Part shown: in pieces, positions 12,151-24,105 of the stretch
Layout of the letters: every line of letters starts with the position of its first letter
Position numbering within the stretch: position 1 is the stretch's first letter
Source of the DNA: Prorocentrum cordatum
Taxonomy: Eukaryota
NCBI GenBank assembly: GCA_963575745.1
Contig: CAUYUJ010000002.1
Coordinates: forward strand, 1,364,001-1,428,000
Direction of reading: 5' to 3'
Length of the DNA: 64,000 nt
Made by a program: the position numbers and the translations under genes
Notes under the pieces: model-generated
What the model was told of the DNA's origin: nothing
Database searches by the model: none
Seen by the model: only the letters and a program-made list of their open reading frames with translations

Positions 12151-12254
12151 TCACAAAACAAAGAGTGCAGTCTATAGTGGTGGAGGCGCTGTGGGGGTGG
12201 ACGAAATATTGAATAGATGTTCATGTATGTATGTATGTATGTATATATATAAGA

Positions 12255-12285
<31 letters not shown>

Positions 12286-15200
12286 AATGGGGGGTTGATT
12301 GTGTGTTGGTTTTTGTTTCCACCCGTCGGTCTTTGAGCTATTTGATTTTGTTTGTGTTTCATGGTGCTGTCTTGGGTTTTCGCCCTCCTCATCCCCCTGG
12401 GGGAGCGGACGGCGGGCGGGGGCAGGAGGGAACGGGGGGGGGGAGGGGGGGGGGCAGGAGGAAGGGGAGGAGGGGGAACAGGATGACGGTGATTCAAAAG
12501 GGAACCCAGTAAAGGACGCCAGGCTCCCCCCACGAAGCCACAACAGGATTCACAACAGAAACTGCCATTTCTCGGAAGGCGTCCGCGCGAAAGAGAAAGG
12601 GGCAACGGGGTGAAACGGAGGAAAGGGGCCGCGGCCGAAGGGCATCCATGCATGGATGCCCCTGTTTACAGCATGAACGTTGAGGACGGAAGCGGGTGGC
12701 AACGACGCCACGCAGGCAACAAACAACTGGGGAACCCCAAACGCGGTTTCCCCGCGCCTCGCCCGAAAACAGCGCAACGTAGTGGCATGCGTTCGGTCGC
12801 GCACCTTGGGGTGCTGGAAACCAGCTGCTTGACTCAAACCTGTGGTGCACGCAGGTGCTGCGGTGCGTGCGGGGGCTATGTGGTGCAAGGAGGCCCTGGC
12901 TGTGACAGTGGCATTGCGGCGCGCGCGGCCGATGCGGGAAACGACAAACGTTGTGGCGTAGACGGCCCTCATGTGCACTTGGCTGCTGCCGGGTAAAGCG
13001 GGCGCAAGGGACCGTTCGCGCAGCAGCGCGCGTTATGCGGCGCTCCTCAGATCGTAGCTGTTGTGGACTCGCTGTCAGCAACGCGCTTGCGCCCTCCAGC
13101 TAACCTGCCGCGTGGTTCCAGGGCGTGACATGTCCGCGCGCGAGGACCTGAAGAACGCGACCGACGGTTGGTTATGTCGCCCTCCGCCTGCCCCCTTCGT
13201 GACAGCCGCTCTCTCCCAGGGCGAGCTGGAACCATTCCTTGAACTCGCCAGCGACGCCAGGGCGAACGAGAACCCTCTTGTCACAACATCGATTATATCA
13301 ATGGTTACGCAGACCGGATTCCCCCCGAACTGGGCGAGCTGTACAAGGCGGCGTGGAATACCGACGACTACCACCAGCTCCCACCGCCGTTCAGCTTCAA
13401 TTCGGCGCCGCCTGGCCACGCGACCGCGCGCGCGCATCTTCGACGGCTCCGACGGCGCGAACAACGCCACCAAGCATAGCATCCTGTCCAACATGGCGAC
13501 GGCAGCCACATTCGCCAGCACGGCGTTCCGGAGCGCGAGGAAGCTCGCGCTCCAGCGCCCCAAAGTCCAAAAAGGCGAAGGCTTTGCGGCACAGGGTTGG
13601 AAGGTTTCCCCGCGCCCAAGGAAGCTGACAACCTGGCTAGGCCACCGCTGCGCCCTCGCACTGTCTCGCTCGGTCACGCAGGGCGGGGGCCAAGGTCAGG
13701 CAGTGAGCCCGCGAGCGCTTTGGCGGGAAACAGCTTCGGGCCTTTCTCCTGTCGCCCGACGTCAAGACGGCTGCCGAGGCGAGCGAGGGCCACGAGCTCC
13801 CGGGCGAGGGTATAAACGCGGGCTTCGAGTGCATCCTGAAAAACGCGCCCTGCTCCACGGCCGATCTCAAGCAGCTGGCATGGCAGACGAAGGCGCTGCG
13901 CAAAAGCGCCCCCGTCCACGGCTGGCCCGCCGCCCCGGCTGCGAAGGCGCCGAGCGGCCTCGCGTCAGAGGGCGCGCTGGCGAGGAGGGATTTCGAGTGG
14001 CGTATCGCTCAGACGGAGGAGCACTCCACCCCGTGGGTGCTCAACGTAATGGCGGAGATCATGGGCCCGCTCGGCTCCCTCGCGCTCATTGGAGAGCTTG
14101 ATTTCGGGGGGACGCCCCCGGGCCGCTCGCGTCTCTTCGCGCTCTGCCGCCGAAGCGCCCGCGCCCGCGGAGTGGGCCCCGAGACCGCGGGCGCCCGCGT
14201 GACTCCCGAGGTCGACTTCTGGCGGGCGGGGGGCCCGGCGCTCGCGCCGTGGGCGACTTCTTAGATGATGGCCCCCCTCGACCAACTGCCGTCTAAAATG
14301 GTCAGGGCGCTGCTGGGCGCCGGCCGAATCGAGCCCGTGTGCCGGGCGCGCTGGGGGGGCCACCAAGTGGGTCAAGGGCGAGCCGCGCGCCGTCGGTGAC
14401 AAGATATGCGACCCCAGCGCGGTGCAGAATGACTGTCGGCCCTCCGTGAAGTTTGACTTCTTCGGCCTCGTCAGGCCAGCCTTCCACGAGAAGGCCCCCC
14501 GCGCCTGCGTCGCGGCATTCACGAAGCGCGCGGGGCCCCCTGGCGAACTCGAAACATCGCGCGCACTGGCGCGCCCCAGGGGGCCCAGGGGGCCGACGTC
14601 CAGCGACGGTTGATCCGCGGCTCTGACGAATTTGACCGCAGAGGGCAAGCGAGTGCATGGGCAACGAAAAGGGGAGATCTCACGGCGCCGCCAAGCATTG
14701 AAGAGTTGTCGCAGAAGGAGCATACCTTTGTGGACAACTTCTTCAAGACCAGGGCCAAGGCGACGGCCGCCCCCCCCCCCCCCCCCCGAAGCCGGAAGCG
14801 GGGCTTCCCGCGACTAGGAGGTTCAGGACGTCGGCTGCCTTCTCGGGGGCGCTCGACCTCGATGGCCCCCCTTCCCCCGCGAAGCGGCAGGCTGCGGCGG
14901 CGCCCTCGCCATCTGCCCCCGCCGCCCCAGCCCGCGGCGACCGTGGCCGAGCTCTCGCAGATGTTGGGCGCAGCCAGCGCTGGCCCTGACGCGGCGGAGG
15001 AGACGGGTGCAGCGGGCTTCCCCGGGGCGACCCCTCCGCGCGCGGACGGCCGCGCTCGCGCTCGGATGGGGGCGAGCACCGCCGCGCCCCAGATGGGCCT
15101 TCAGCGCCCCTCAGCAGCTCGCCTATGAACATGTCGGTTTCGGGACTCACACGCGCGCGCGCACACGCGCACGCGCGCACAACTATACATTTCCACTGTG

Positions 15201-15437
15201 CCTGTCTCAAGCAGGAACATGTCGCCCAGTCGTGTTTGCCCCCCTGTTCCGTCGTCGCGGTCGTCGTCATCGTTGCCCCCGTCATGATTGCCACTGTCGT
15301 CATCGCCGCCGCCGTCGCCATCGGCGTCGTCGCACGCCGCAGTTGCATCGGCCCGCGTCAGTTCTCGCCGGCCGCCCGCGAGCTCCATCTCCGGTGGAAG
15401 CTGCGCCCGCCACGCCCGGGGCCACGCGCCAGGGCCC

Positions 15438-17005
15438 ATGGCGAAGTCGGCGATGAAGTCCGCCATGGAGGCCGCCGTGAAGCCCGCCCCGAAGGCCGCC
15501 GCGGCGCCCGTCGCGACGCCGAGGAAGCGCCAGCCCGCGAGGCGCCCAGCGTCCAAAGAAGAAACCCACTTCAAGAAGCGCGTGAAGATGCCCGCCTGCG
15601 CGTCGTCTGGCAAGATGCTGCGGCCCGGGGCCAAGGCGAAGCTCGGTCAGGCCAGGGCGAGGGAGTCCCCGGGTCTGCGATGCGGCGGCAAGATCGCTGG
15701 CAGAGGGGAGACGACGCCTCTGGCTTGCAAGGCCATGGGGGGGGGGGGGGGGGGCGCATTGACTTCCGAGGCCTCTGCGGCATTGACCTGGTGAACAGGG
15801 TTCGGATTGGCGTGGAGCTCGGGCACCTGCCGCGGATGGAGGGCAAGGGGTGCCCGCGCGAATGCGGCGCTAAGCTGTCTCTCCAGGCGATCGCAGGAGG
15901 GTGCTCTCCCGGGGGCGCCGCGAGCGCGGGGGGCGCAAAGGCGCCCTCGGAGTGGCACAATGCAAACCCAGCCCGGTGAACATTGGACAACTGCGAGCGC
16001 TTGAAGTTGCGTTACCCTTTTCAGGCGCACGCCCCGACACTGTGCAGGTACCGCTGCGGCGATCGGACGCGCAATGGAAACAGGTGGGCGCCGCGGTCCC
16101 GAGCGAGGCGGGCGCGCCGATCTTTCTCAGGGGCAACGTGGGCACGCCCGCGGGGGAACGGCTACTCGCTGCTCATTTGGCGCGCGCGCGCCGCTGGCCG
16201 CGCGGCGCCCGAGCTGCGGGGATTGCACCGCGGCGCAGGGCATCTCGAAGGATTCCGCGGTGCTGCACTTGAACGAGGCCCGCCGCCGCAGGGCAGCTCA
16301 ACCATGAGGGGCAGGCCCACAGCAAGTGCAAGGACGGCATGATCGCGGAGCTCGGCGGGCGCGGCATCAGGGCCGAGCGGGTTAGCTGCAAGAAGCCATG
16401 CGAGAATGGCAGGCCTGAGCGCCCTGGCTCTCGCTTGCGCTGGAACCGTTCCCTCGTGATGGTTGAGCGCGGCAACGGGGCCGGCGCGGTCCTCATCCAG
16501 CCCCCCTGGGCGGCGAGCATGGCGGCCGGCGGCGGCGCGCCCTTGAGCGGGGCACAGTGTGGCGAGGCCGTCAGGAAGCACTTCGGCCGCGATGCGGCTG
16601 GCGACTCGATCCGTTCGCCTCGCTGCGACCGCGAGGATTGCCTCGAGCGCGCGAGGGCGGCGGGGCCCGCCAATCAATGCCTGGCGTCGCGACCGAGGCA
16701 TGGGCGGGACCGCTTCCGCGCCCACTACCGCGGGCGGGCCTTGTCGCGCGGCGTGGTGAGCCACCAGAAGGCAGCGTGGGCGGTCGCAAAGTCCGCGCGC
16801 GCTGGGCCAGGGCGGCAACGTCGGCTTGATCAAGATTAAACACGGCACGGAGGCGGCGGACGGCAGCTGGGACGAGGTCAAGACAGCGCCACCGTCCTCG
16901 GTCAAGAGCGCCGACCACGACCGCATCGCCGAGCGCGTCCACGCGCCGGCGTGGCGCACCAGGCGCCATGGGGCCGATCTCTCTGCTCCTGTGTGCTCGA
17001 AGTAA
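15438..17005 (+). pseudogene. Heavily decayed ISXO2/IS1595 (Merlin)-like DDE transposase
   Basis: Read across several frames: K/A-rich N-terminus, Cys cluster (GCPRECG...CRYRC), W.R.LVMVERG, GGG.PLS, VVSHQK, and HGTEAADGSWDEVK (16841 onward), which resembles the ISXO2 'H..VnH' and 'hTn.iEg.W..lK' motifs. No TIRs identified. Confidence 0.45.
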
Positions 17006-17483
17006 GGTAAGGCTCGCTTGGGGACCCGCTGTCGGGGGCCGCGGGGCGCGCGCGGTTCGGGGGGCATGCGGGGCTCGAGACCATGCTCGGCTACTGCGTG
17101 GAACCACGCGGCGCCGCCCCCGACGCGCGCGGGGCGCGGGAGCACGCGCGCCCAATGTATATAACAACGCACATTGCTTCCCACCGCGCGCTCGCGCTGC
17201 CGCGGGGCGGGGCCCCCTTGCGTGAACAAATGGCACCTTGATTTTCGTTCTCCAGAGCGGGCCAGGTGAGCGACGAGGATAATGAAATGGCACAGGAAGA
17301 GGATAACGCACTGCGTTGGCGGTCACCGCGCAGGTCAAGCTAGCGCTGGGCGAGCGCATCAGACCGGGGCCAGGGAAGCCCCTCATGCCAGCAAAAAAAC
17401 GCCCCCGCCCCCACCCAGGGGGTCGCGGAGCGGGCACACAAGCGCAGCCCGAAAGCGCGGCGAGGAAACGCCAGGAACGCGGG

Positions 17484-18230
17484 TCAAGGCTGGGGCCCCA
17501 TAGGCCGTAACCATAACCAAAGCGCTTCAGGGTCAGAGGCCTGCAGGGGCCCGGGGGTTCGGAGGGCCCGACTTCCAGGGCCCCCCTCGTCAGCAGGGCG
17601 CCGACCTGTCAAACATAAAATCCTGCCACGCGCCGCCCTATCTGACATCTGATGGAATTCAGGCGGGCGGCAATCGACGAGGAGGAGGCTCGCCACCCCA
17701 GTAGTGTAGAAGCCACATCTAATACATAGGACCACATCCCCTGGCGCAACCCAACACCTGTGCCCTCGCGCCGCCTCGGGCGGCACGATGCCGCAATGCG
17801 GCATGGGGGCGGCAGGTGCCGTGATAACGCTCAGGGAGGGCCCAGGATTTCGCCTGTCTTGCCTTGGGCGCTTCGCCGCGGGCAGGGAACGTCCATCCTC
17901 GACTTCCTGGACAGCGCGAACCTGCTGCTCCTGGGCGGGCGACCGCACCAGGGTCACAGGGGTCAAAGGTGACGCGCCTCCGCACATTGCGACCATCGCC
18001 AGACGAGCTAGACGAGCGAGGACGACGCGTCGACCCGCGCAAGTCCGACACATCGACGTCGACAAACGGGCGAGGGGCACCATACTCGTGCTCCTCTCAG
18101 GGATGACAGCCTCCTCGCACGAAGGGGGAGAGCCGCCGTAGAAAACATCAGCTGGGCCGCTGAGCACCTTGACCACAGACAGCATCCCGTTCGCCAGGCG
18201 GCGGGGAGGCCGCAGAAGATGGCTCAGCAA
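17484..18230 (-). mobile_element. 3' fragment of a related LINE (C-terminal Zn-like domain only)
   Basis: GHRCWVAPGDVVLCIRCGFY...LLVDC...RILCLTGRRP aligns by eye with the post-RNase H domains of LINE-A (GHALL...FCFRCG...MLGPC...LAEGRFP) and LINE-B (PHKT...WCEKCG...LARPC...QRGKLP). Confidence 0.6.
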
Positions 18231-19863
18231 CCATGGGGGGGAGGGGGGAGAGGAGGAGGAACAAGAGGAAGGAATGCGCGCGGAGCACGGACGAGAGCCG
18301 AACGGCCGCCGCCGCCATGCCCATCCAGTCTGGCGCCTATTACCCTCCTGCTCCTCCTCCTCCCCCTCTCCCTCCTCCTGTCCTTCTCCGCCTCCCGGTG
18401 GCAGTCCTCCTCCTCCTCCATTTTCTCCCTCCTCCCGTCGCCCTGATCTTCTTCCTCCACCGCGAAGTGCAGTTTGGCCCCTCCTGCGCCCAGCGTTCCT
18501 CCCCGCGGTGCTCGAGGCGCGCCGCGCCTTCTGATCGCCCTTGTATCAGACGCTTGCGGTGGCCACATCCGAGGGGTGTCACGCGCTCGGCCCCCATGCC
18601 AAGGTCGCGGACACAGTGGGTGGAGCGAGAAACTTTCCCAGCGGGACCAACAATGTGGTAGATATGGTCGGGGGGTCAAGCTATCTCGCCGAAGCAGACC
18701 GAGAAAACTGGCAGCAAAGGCATCCGCAATGTTCGCGACGATGATGCTAGTGTTCTCGGCAGCGCAGCGGGCTGCAGTCAGCGCTGGGCATCAGCATCGG
18801 CTCCGCGTGGCAGCGTGGGCGTAGCAAGTAACATCTCGCTCCTGCAACAAGCGCGGCCTCGGGGCGCAGGTCGCCAAGTTGAAGCAGACGAGCACTTCAC
18901 TGAGCGACGCCCCGTCCAACAAGCGGACGGAACGCTTCGAGATGTTTTGTACCGACGCAGCCAAACATCGCGGGCAGTCACACGCTACAACATATGCTAG
19001 CCGCCGCCCAGGCCAATGAACAGCATATCCCCTTAGAGGTAGCGAAGGCTGATTTAAAAGGCAAGAGTGCGGCGGGGGCGCTGGCGCCCGTGGAGGGCCA
19101 AAACCGCGGGAGGCAAGGGATTTCAACCGTCTTAGAAGAAGCCGATTGGCTTGCACTGGGACGAGGAACTGTTCGACATTCCCGACATCCTTGACGGTAA
19201 GGGTGCAGCCAAGCTCGAGCTGAAGATCATTCACCAGTAGCTGGCCGACGCCCAGGTGACGACGTGGATAGACTGAGCATTGTATCAGGGTGGAGGGCTG
19301 CGGGTGAAATTCACATGGGCTTTCGCTCCTCGAAAATCAATCCGTCTTGTGGGTGGGTGGCTTTCATGGTGAGGTTTGTGCTGTGTAGCGGCCCCTGTGT
19401 ATGCAGCGCCTGGCTTCGCTACGACGTCACGATTGCGCCCGCGCGTGGTCAGGCACCGCTGACGGCTCGCACCCGGCAGTCTTTCAAACAAGGTTTCGTC
19501 GCCCCGCCGATGTCACTCGCGGGGTGTTCGTGCCTCGACGGATCCACGCTCAGCGCATCTGCGAATGGCAGGCGGGCGCGAACTCTCGCCACAATGTAAC
19601 AATGCGTTTCCCTCTGTTGCCGGCGCCCCGTTCCTGATTGGCCGGGCGGTTCGCTATTGGTTGGTTGGCTCGTTGGTTGTTTGGCTGGCGGATTGACTGT
19701 TGGGCTGGATGGCTGGACGGATGGTTGGTTGGGTGGCTGGCTGGCTGAGTCCCCGAGCACGCGACTGAAGACAGGTGAACGGGCACGCGACTGGTGCGCG
19801 GCAGGTGTACGAGCACGCGACTGGCACCCGACGGGCGAACGAGCACGCGATTGGCGCAGGTCA

Positions 19864-20080
19864 ATCCAGAATTCTAGAATCGCTTTTGCGCTTTAGAATT
19901 CACTTCGTCGTTCTAGATTTGTTTTGGCCGTTCTAGAAATTATGTTTTTGCTTGCGCTCTATACTATGTGAAGGTATAGCATGTATTGCTGCGTTCTAGA
20001 ACTATTGCTGCTGTTCTAGAATTCGCTTAGTCGTTCTAGAATCTCGTTCTGCGTTCTAAAATTCGTTTTGCGTTTCTATA
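19864..20080. repeat. Array of TTCTAGA(A) palindromic cores at ~20-bp spacing
   Basis: About 9-10 exact or near copies in an AT-richer stretch; related words also occur at 21418-21443. Confidence 0.75.
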
Positions 20081-21775
20081 ACCCCTTTTCCGGCCGTGTG
20101 GTAGGAAACGCATCGGGAACAAAAAGCGGGGATCGGGATTCGGGGGCCCATCGCGGGGCGGCGGGGGTGGCCCCGAGTGGAGCCCCGAGCGGGCTTCGGG
20201 GGAAAGGGTGCGCACGTTTGCGGAGCCACCGTGTTCCAGCCTGGCGACATGGGGGACAGGGGCCTAAATTGAGAGAGGGCGACTCTAATTGAGGTGTCGG
20301 CGACGGCGTGGACTTGGTCAAGGGCCGAGTCCACACGTATTCCAGAAAAGTAATGCGTCACCACCCCGCTGATCAGCGCGGGCGGGCGACTGAGAATAAT
20401 GATGGGGGGTGGAGGGGGACGGGCGGTGAGAGGGAGGCAGAGGCAAGGAATAGAAGCCTTGGAGGAGGAGGTGCAGGAGAAGGCGGAGGCAACGATTGGG
20501 GTGGAGGCGGAAGTGGGGGAGCAGGAGGCGCAGAAGGAAAGGACGGGGGAGAGGGGGAGGGCAGTTGACGAGTGGCGATGTCTTGGGCGAAGCGGCATTT
20601 CAGATTTCACCCTCTGCCCTCCGGCCACAGAAAATGCTCGGATAGAACAGGCCCGCAAGGTTCAGAGCGAAATACAGGACGGGCTCAAGAAGAGAAGGAC
20701 CAACGCCGAAGGGGGCGACAGTGGCGACTCTGGGCCCACTGGGGCAGTCAGTTTGTCTCGTCTCGAAGCGGGGTGGGCCCCTGAGGCCCGTGGCTATGAA
20801 GAGCCCCTGCCGATCATGGAGGGGGCCTTGAAGCTTGGAAATTCCGTCCTTCTGACCTGTCGGGAACCTTCTCGAGGACGATCCTGCTTTTGGATGACTT
20901 TGCGAGGACCATCAAGAAACCACAATGGAGAGCGGTTTTGTGGAGAGGGGCTGGAGGCTGGGGCCGGCAACTATTCGTTCAGACGGTTGCGGCGCCAGCT
21001 TCTCGTCGTACCGCAGGGCGTGCGACGGAGTGAACTGCGCGCCTCGATCGATCACCACAGGCGGCTCTTGGCCCAGACAGGGGTGGCGGCTTGGATGGCG
21101 GGGAAGCACAAAGATTATATGCCCACGTTGCTGCGTCGAAGTTTCGGGAAATCAGCAAAGTACCGATACCGCTACTCCCCGGACCTCTCCCGGGGCGCGT
21201 GCTGACCAGGATTTCGAGGCGAATCCAGCGGTGGCGACGAGGACCTCCCAGGAGGCCCCAAAAGGGGAAAACGGGCGAAGGCGTATAGGTATGCGTACCT
21301 TGTCCTACTCTGAAGGTTGGGGCCCAGTTCCATCGGCGTTGGGGGCATGCACGCAATAAATGCCACTCAGGTCATGGTGATGATAGGATCTGTGGGATTC
21401 AGAAAAACGGCCCCGGATTTAGAACATCCGTTTTAGAATCTAGTAAACTGGCTTGTTGCGTTTGCAAAATGATGTTTTGTCTAATTTTGATGATTGGGCG
21501 GCACAATTTAATACATCCGTCTCTCGCTTTAGTGAATCATCGCTTTCTCAAATATTCCCTACCCAGGCTCTGCCTAGAAGGGTCTTACTTTCTTGGCTTA
21601 AAGGGGCCAGGCAGTGCACCCCGCCCCGGGCGGTTCCCCCGGTCCCCTGGGAGCCAAGCAAAAGCAACAGCAAAGGTAAAAGCAAACGCGCGGTTCCCCC
21701 AGTTGCGCTCCCTGGGTTCCAAGCAAAAGCAAAAGCAAAGGCAAAAGTGAAGGCGAAAGCGAAGACAAAGCAAAA

Positions 21776-21993
21776 GCATAGCATAGCATAGCATAGCATA
21801 GCATAGCATAGCATATCGCAGCATAGCATAGCGCAGCATAGCATAGCATAGCCTAGCCTAGCCTAGCCTAGCCTAGCCCAGCATAGCATTGCGCAGCATA
21901 GCATAGCATAGCATAGCACAGCACAGCACAGCAGAGCAGAGCAGAGCATAGCATAGCATAGCGCAGCATAGCATAGCATAGCGCAGCACAGCA
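21776..21993. repeat. (GCATA)n/(GCCTA)n pentanucleotide microsatellite (second copy ~27320-27522)
   Basis: Direct reading. Confidence 0.95.
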
Positions 21994-22917
21994 TCCACTA
22001 CTGCTACAACTACGACGATGAGGAGAAGGAGGACGGCGTTTACCGCTCCTACTAATGTTGCTTTCCTAGAGGCTCCAACTCCTAGGTAGGCTCGCACTGG
22101 GATAACTTGTTTTAAGCGTGCTCTCACATTCATTACCATGATTAGCCAGTCGGGCTGCGGGGGCGGATCCCGGCGTGCGGGACCGCGATGCCGCCGCCGC
22201 CGAGCCCATAGTCGTGGAAGAATTCGGACACTGAATCAAAGGTCTGGTGAGCGTTCTCTTATTCGGCGTTTCGACATTGGGCGGAAGGGGAGGGAGGGGG
22301 GGGTCTAGCTCCGTACCTCTGCTTGGTGCGACTGTTTGCAGCAGTGTATCCATTGTGGGGGAGACTCCTCACCTGCTCGAAACAGGCGCCCCAAAACAGC
22401 CAAGACATACCCCATGGGGGGGGACGGGGGGTTGGCGAGTGCCCGCGCCGATCGGCAAAACAATGAATGAAAATACGATTACCAACCGATCGTGGTGTTC
22501 GGAGATGCTTCTGGTGGTAAGATGACTGCGGAGTCGAGTTTTGTGCGAGGCGGCGGCGCCGTCACTGTTTTGTCAAGGTTTGAACCCTGTGGTGTTCGGA
22601 CTTTACTGACGGGGCCACTGCTGGGCCCGAAGCAATCTGTGCATCGGGTGAATTGCGCTGGCTTCTGGTTTTGTGATCACGCGAGGGCACATGGCGCGTG
22701 TGACATATATTTTTTGTTTCCTGCAGAGGGAGAATCCGCGTACGAGAAACGTGCTCCCATTCAAAGAGAGGCCCTCGGCAACACGTCTGTCATTGGCCGA
22801 CAGATCAGGAACCCGAGCTCGAATGGCCTCTGGCCAGCCGGCGACAGGCAATGCAACGTCGGCACCTACATTCGAAGGCTAGCACTTGCGATTATCGTGC
22901 CGATTGCGAGCGCCTGA

Positions 22918-23295
22918 ACATGTTCCCCACTATGCGGGATACCTGTGGGCTGGATCAACTATCGCAGCGAACAGCGCAACCAACGCGGACGGAAACACAG
23001 GGTGGACAGCTGGATTATACGATCACGTATAGACACGATCGTCTGAACATTTCTCTTCCCCACCATGCGGGATAATTACCTGTGGGCTGGGTCAACTACC
23101 ACAGCGCACAGCGCAACCAACGCAGAGGGAAAACAGGGTGGACAGCTGGAATATACGATCACGTGTAGAGACGATGGCCTGAACATTGTGGTTCCCATCA
23201 TGCGGGATACCTGTGGGCTGGGTCAACTACCACAGCGCACAGAGCAACCAATGCGGAGGGAAAAACATGATCGACAGCTCGAATATACGATCACG
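22918..23295 (+). repeat. Three ~135-bp tandem units (ATGCGGGATA...CCTGTGGGCTGG...TATACGATCAC); second copy near 28450-28827
   Basis: Motif recurs near 22932, 23065 and 23200. Confidence 0.8.
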
Positions 23296-23519
23296 AGAAA
23301 AGACGATCGCACAACGCAACTCGCACAGAGAAATAAAAATCGGAGGTTGGGGAGTGAGATCGCAGTGGAAGGGAGACCCCCAACCGGGAAATCGTTTCGT
23401 TTCGTTCGTGACGTGCGTGCGGGCGAGGCGAAGCTGCGTGGGCGCGCGAGAGGAATGAACCCGCCGCTGCTAGGGCGAAGTCAAGACAAATGAATATCCT
23501 CCGCCCACCCGTCCAGCGG

Positions 23520-24105
23520 TGGCCCGCGGTGTGCCCCAGTGTCCCGTGGTGTCCCGTGGTGTCCGCCGCTGCTAGGGCGAAGTCAAGACAAATGAGTCTC
23601 CCCCGCCCGACCGTCTCGCGGTGGCTCGCGGTGTGCCCCGGTGTCCCGTGGTGTCCCGTGGTGTCCCGTTGAGTGAGATCGATAGTGAGATCGATAGTGA
23701 GATCGATGTGGTGCCCCAGGGTGGCCCGTGGTGTCCGTGGTGTACCAAAAAGTGAAATCGATAGTGAGGTCGAGAGGTGTCCCGCGGTGTCCCGTGGTGT
23801 CCCGTGGTGTCCCGTTGAGTGAGATCGATAGTGAGATCGATAGTGAGATCGATCCTGAGATCGATGTGGTGCCCCGAGGTGTCCCGTGGTGTCCTATGGT
23901 GTCCCGTTGAGTGAGATCGATAGTGAGATCGATAGTGAGACCGATAGTGAGACCGAGAGGTGTCCCGCGGTGTCCCGTGGTGTCCCGTGGTGGCCCGTGG
24001 TGTCCCGCTGAGTGAGATCGATAGTGAGATCGATAGTGAGATCGACAAGTGCCCCGTGGTGTCACGTGGTATCCCGTTGAGTGAGATCGATAGTGAGATC
24101 GATTG
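23520..24105 (+). repeat. Compound satellite of alternating (GTGTCCCGTG)n 10-mer and (GAGATCGATAGT)n 12-mer blocks; second copy ~29052-29637
   Basis: Direct reading; five 12-mer blocks interleaved with 10-mer blocks. Confidence 0.92.

Noticed and set aside
15438..15660. DVNP gene
   Set aside because: Only the AMK-like tail is present; the conserved DVNP core is absent.
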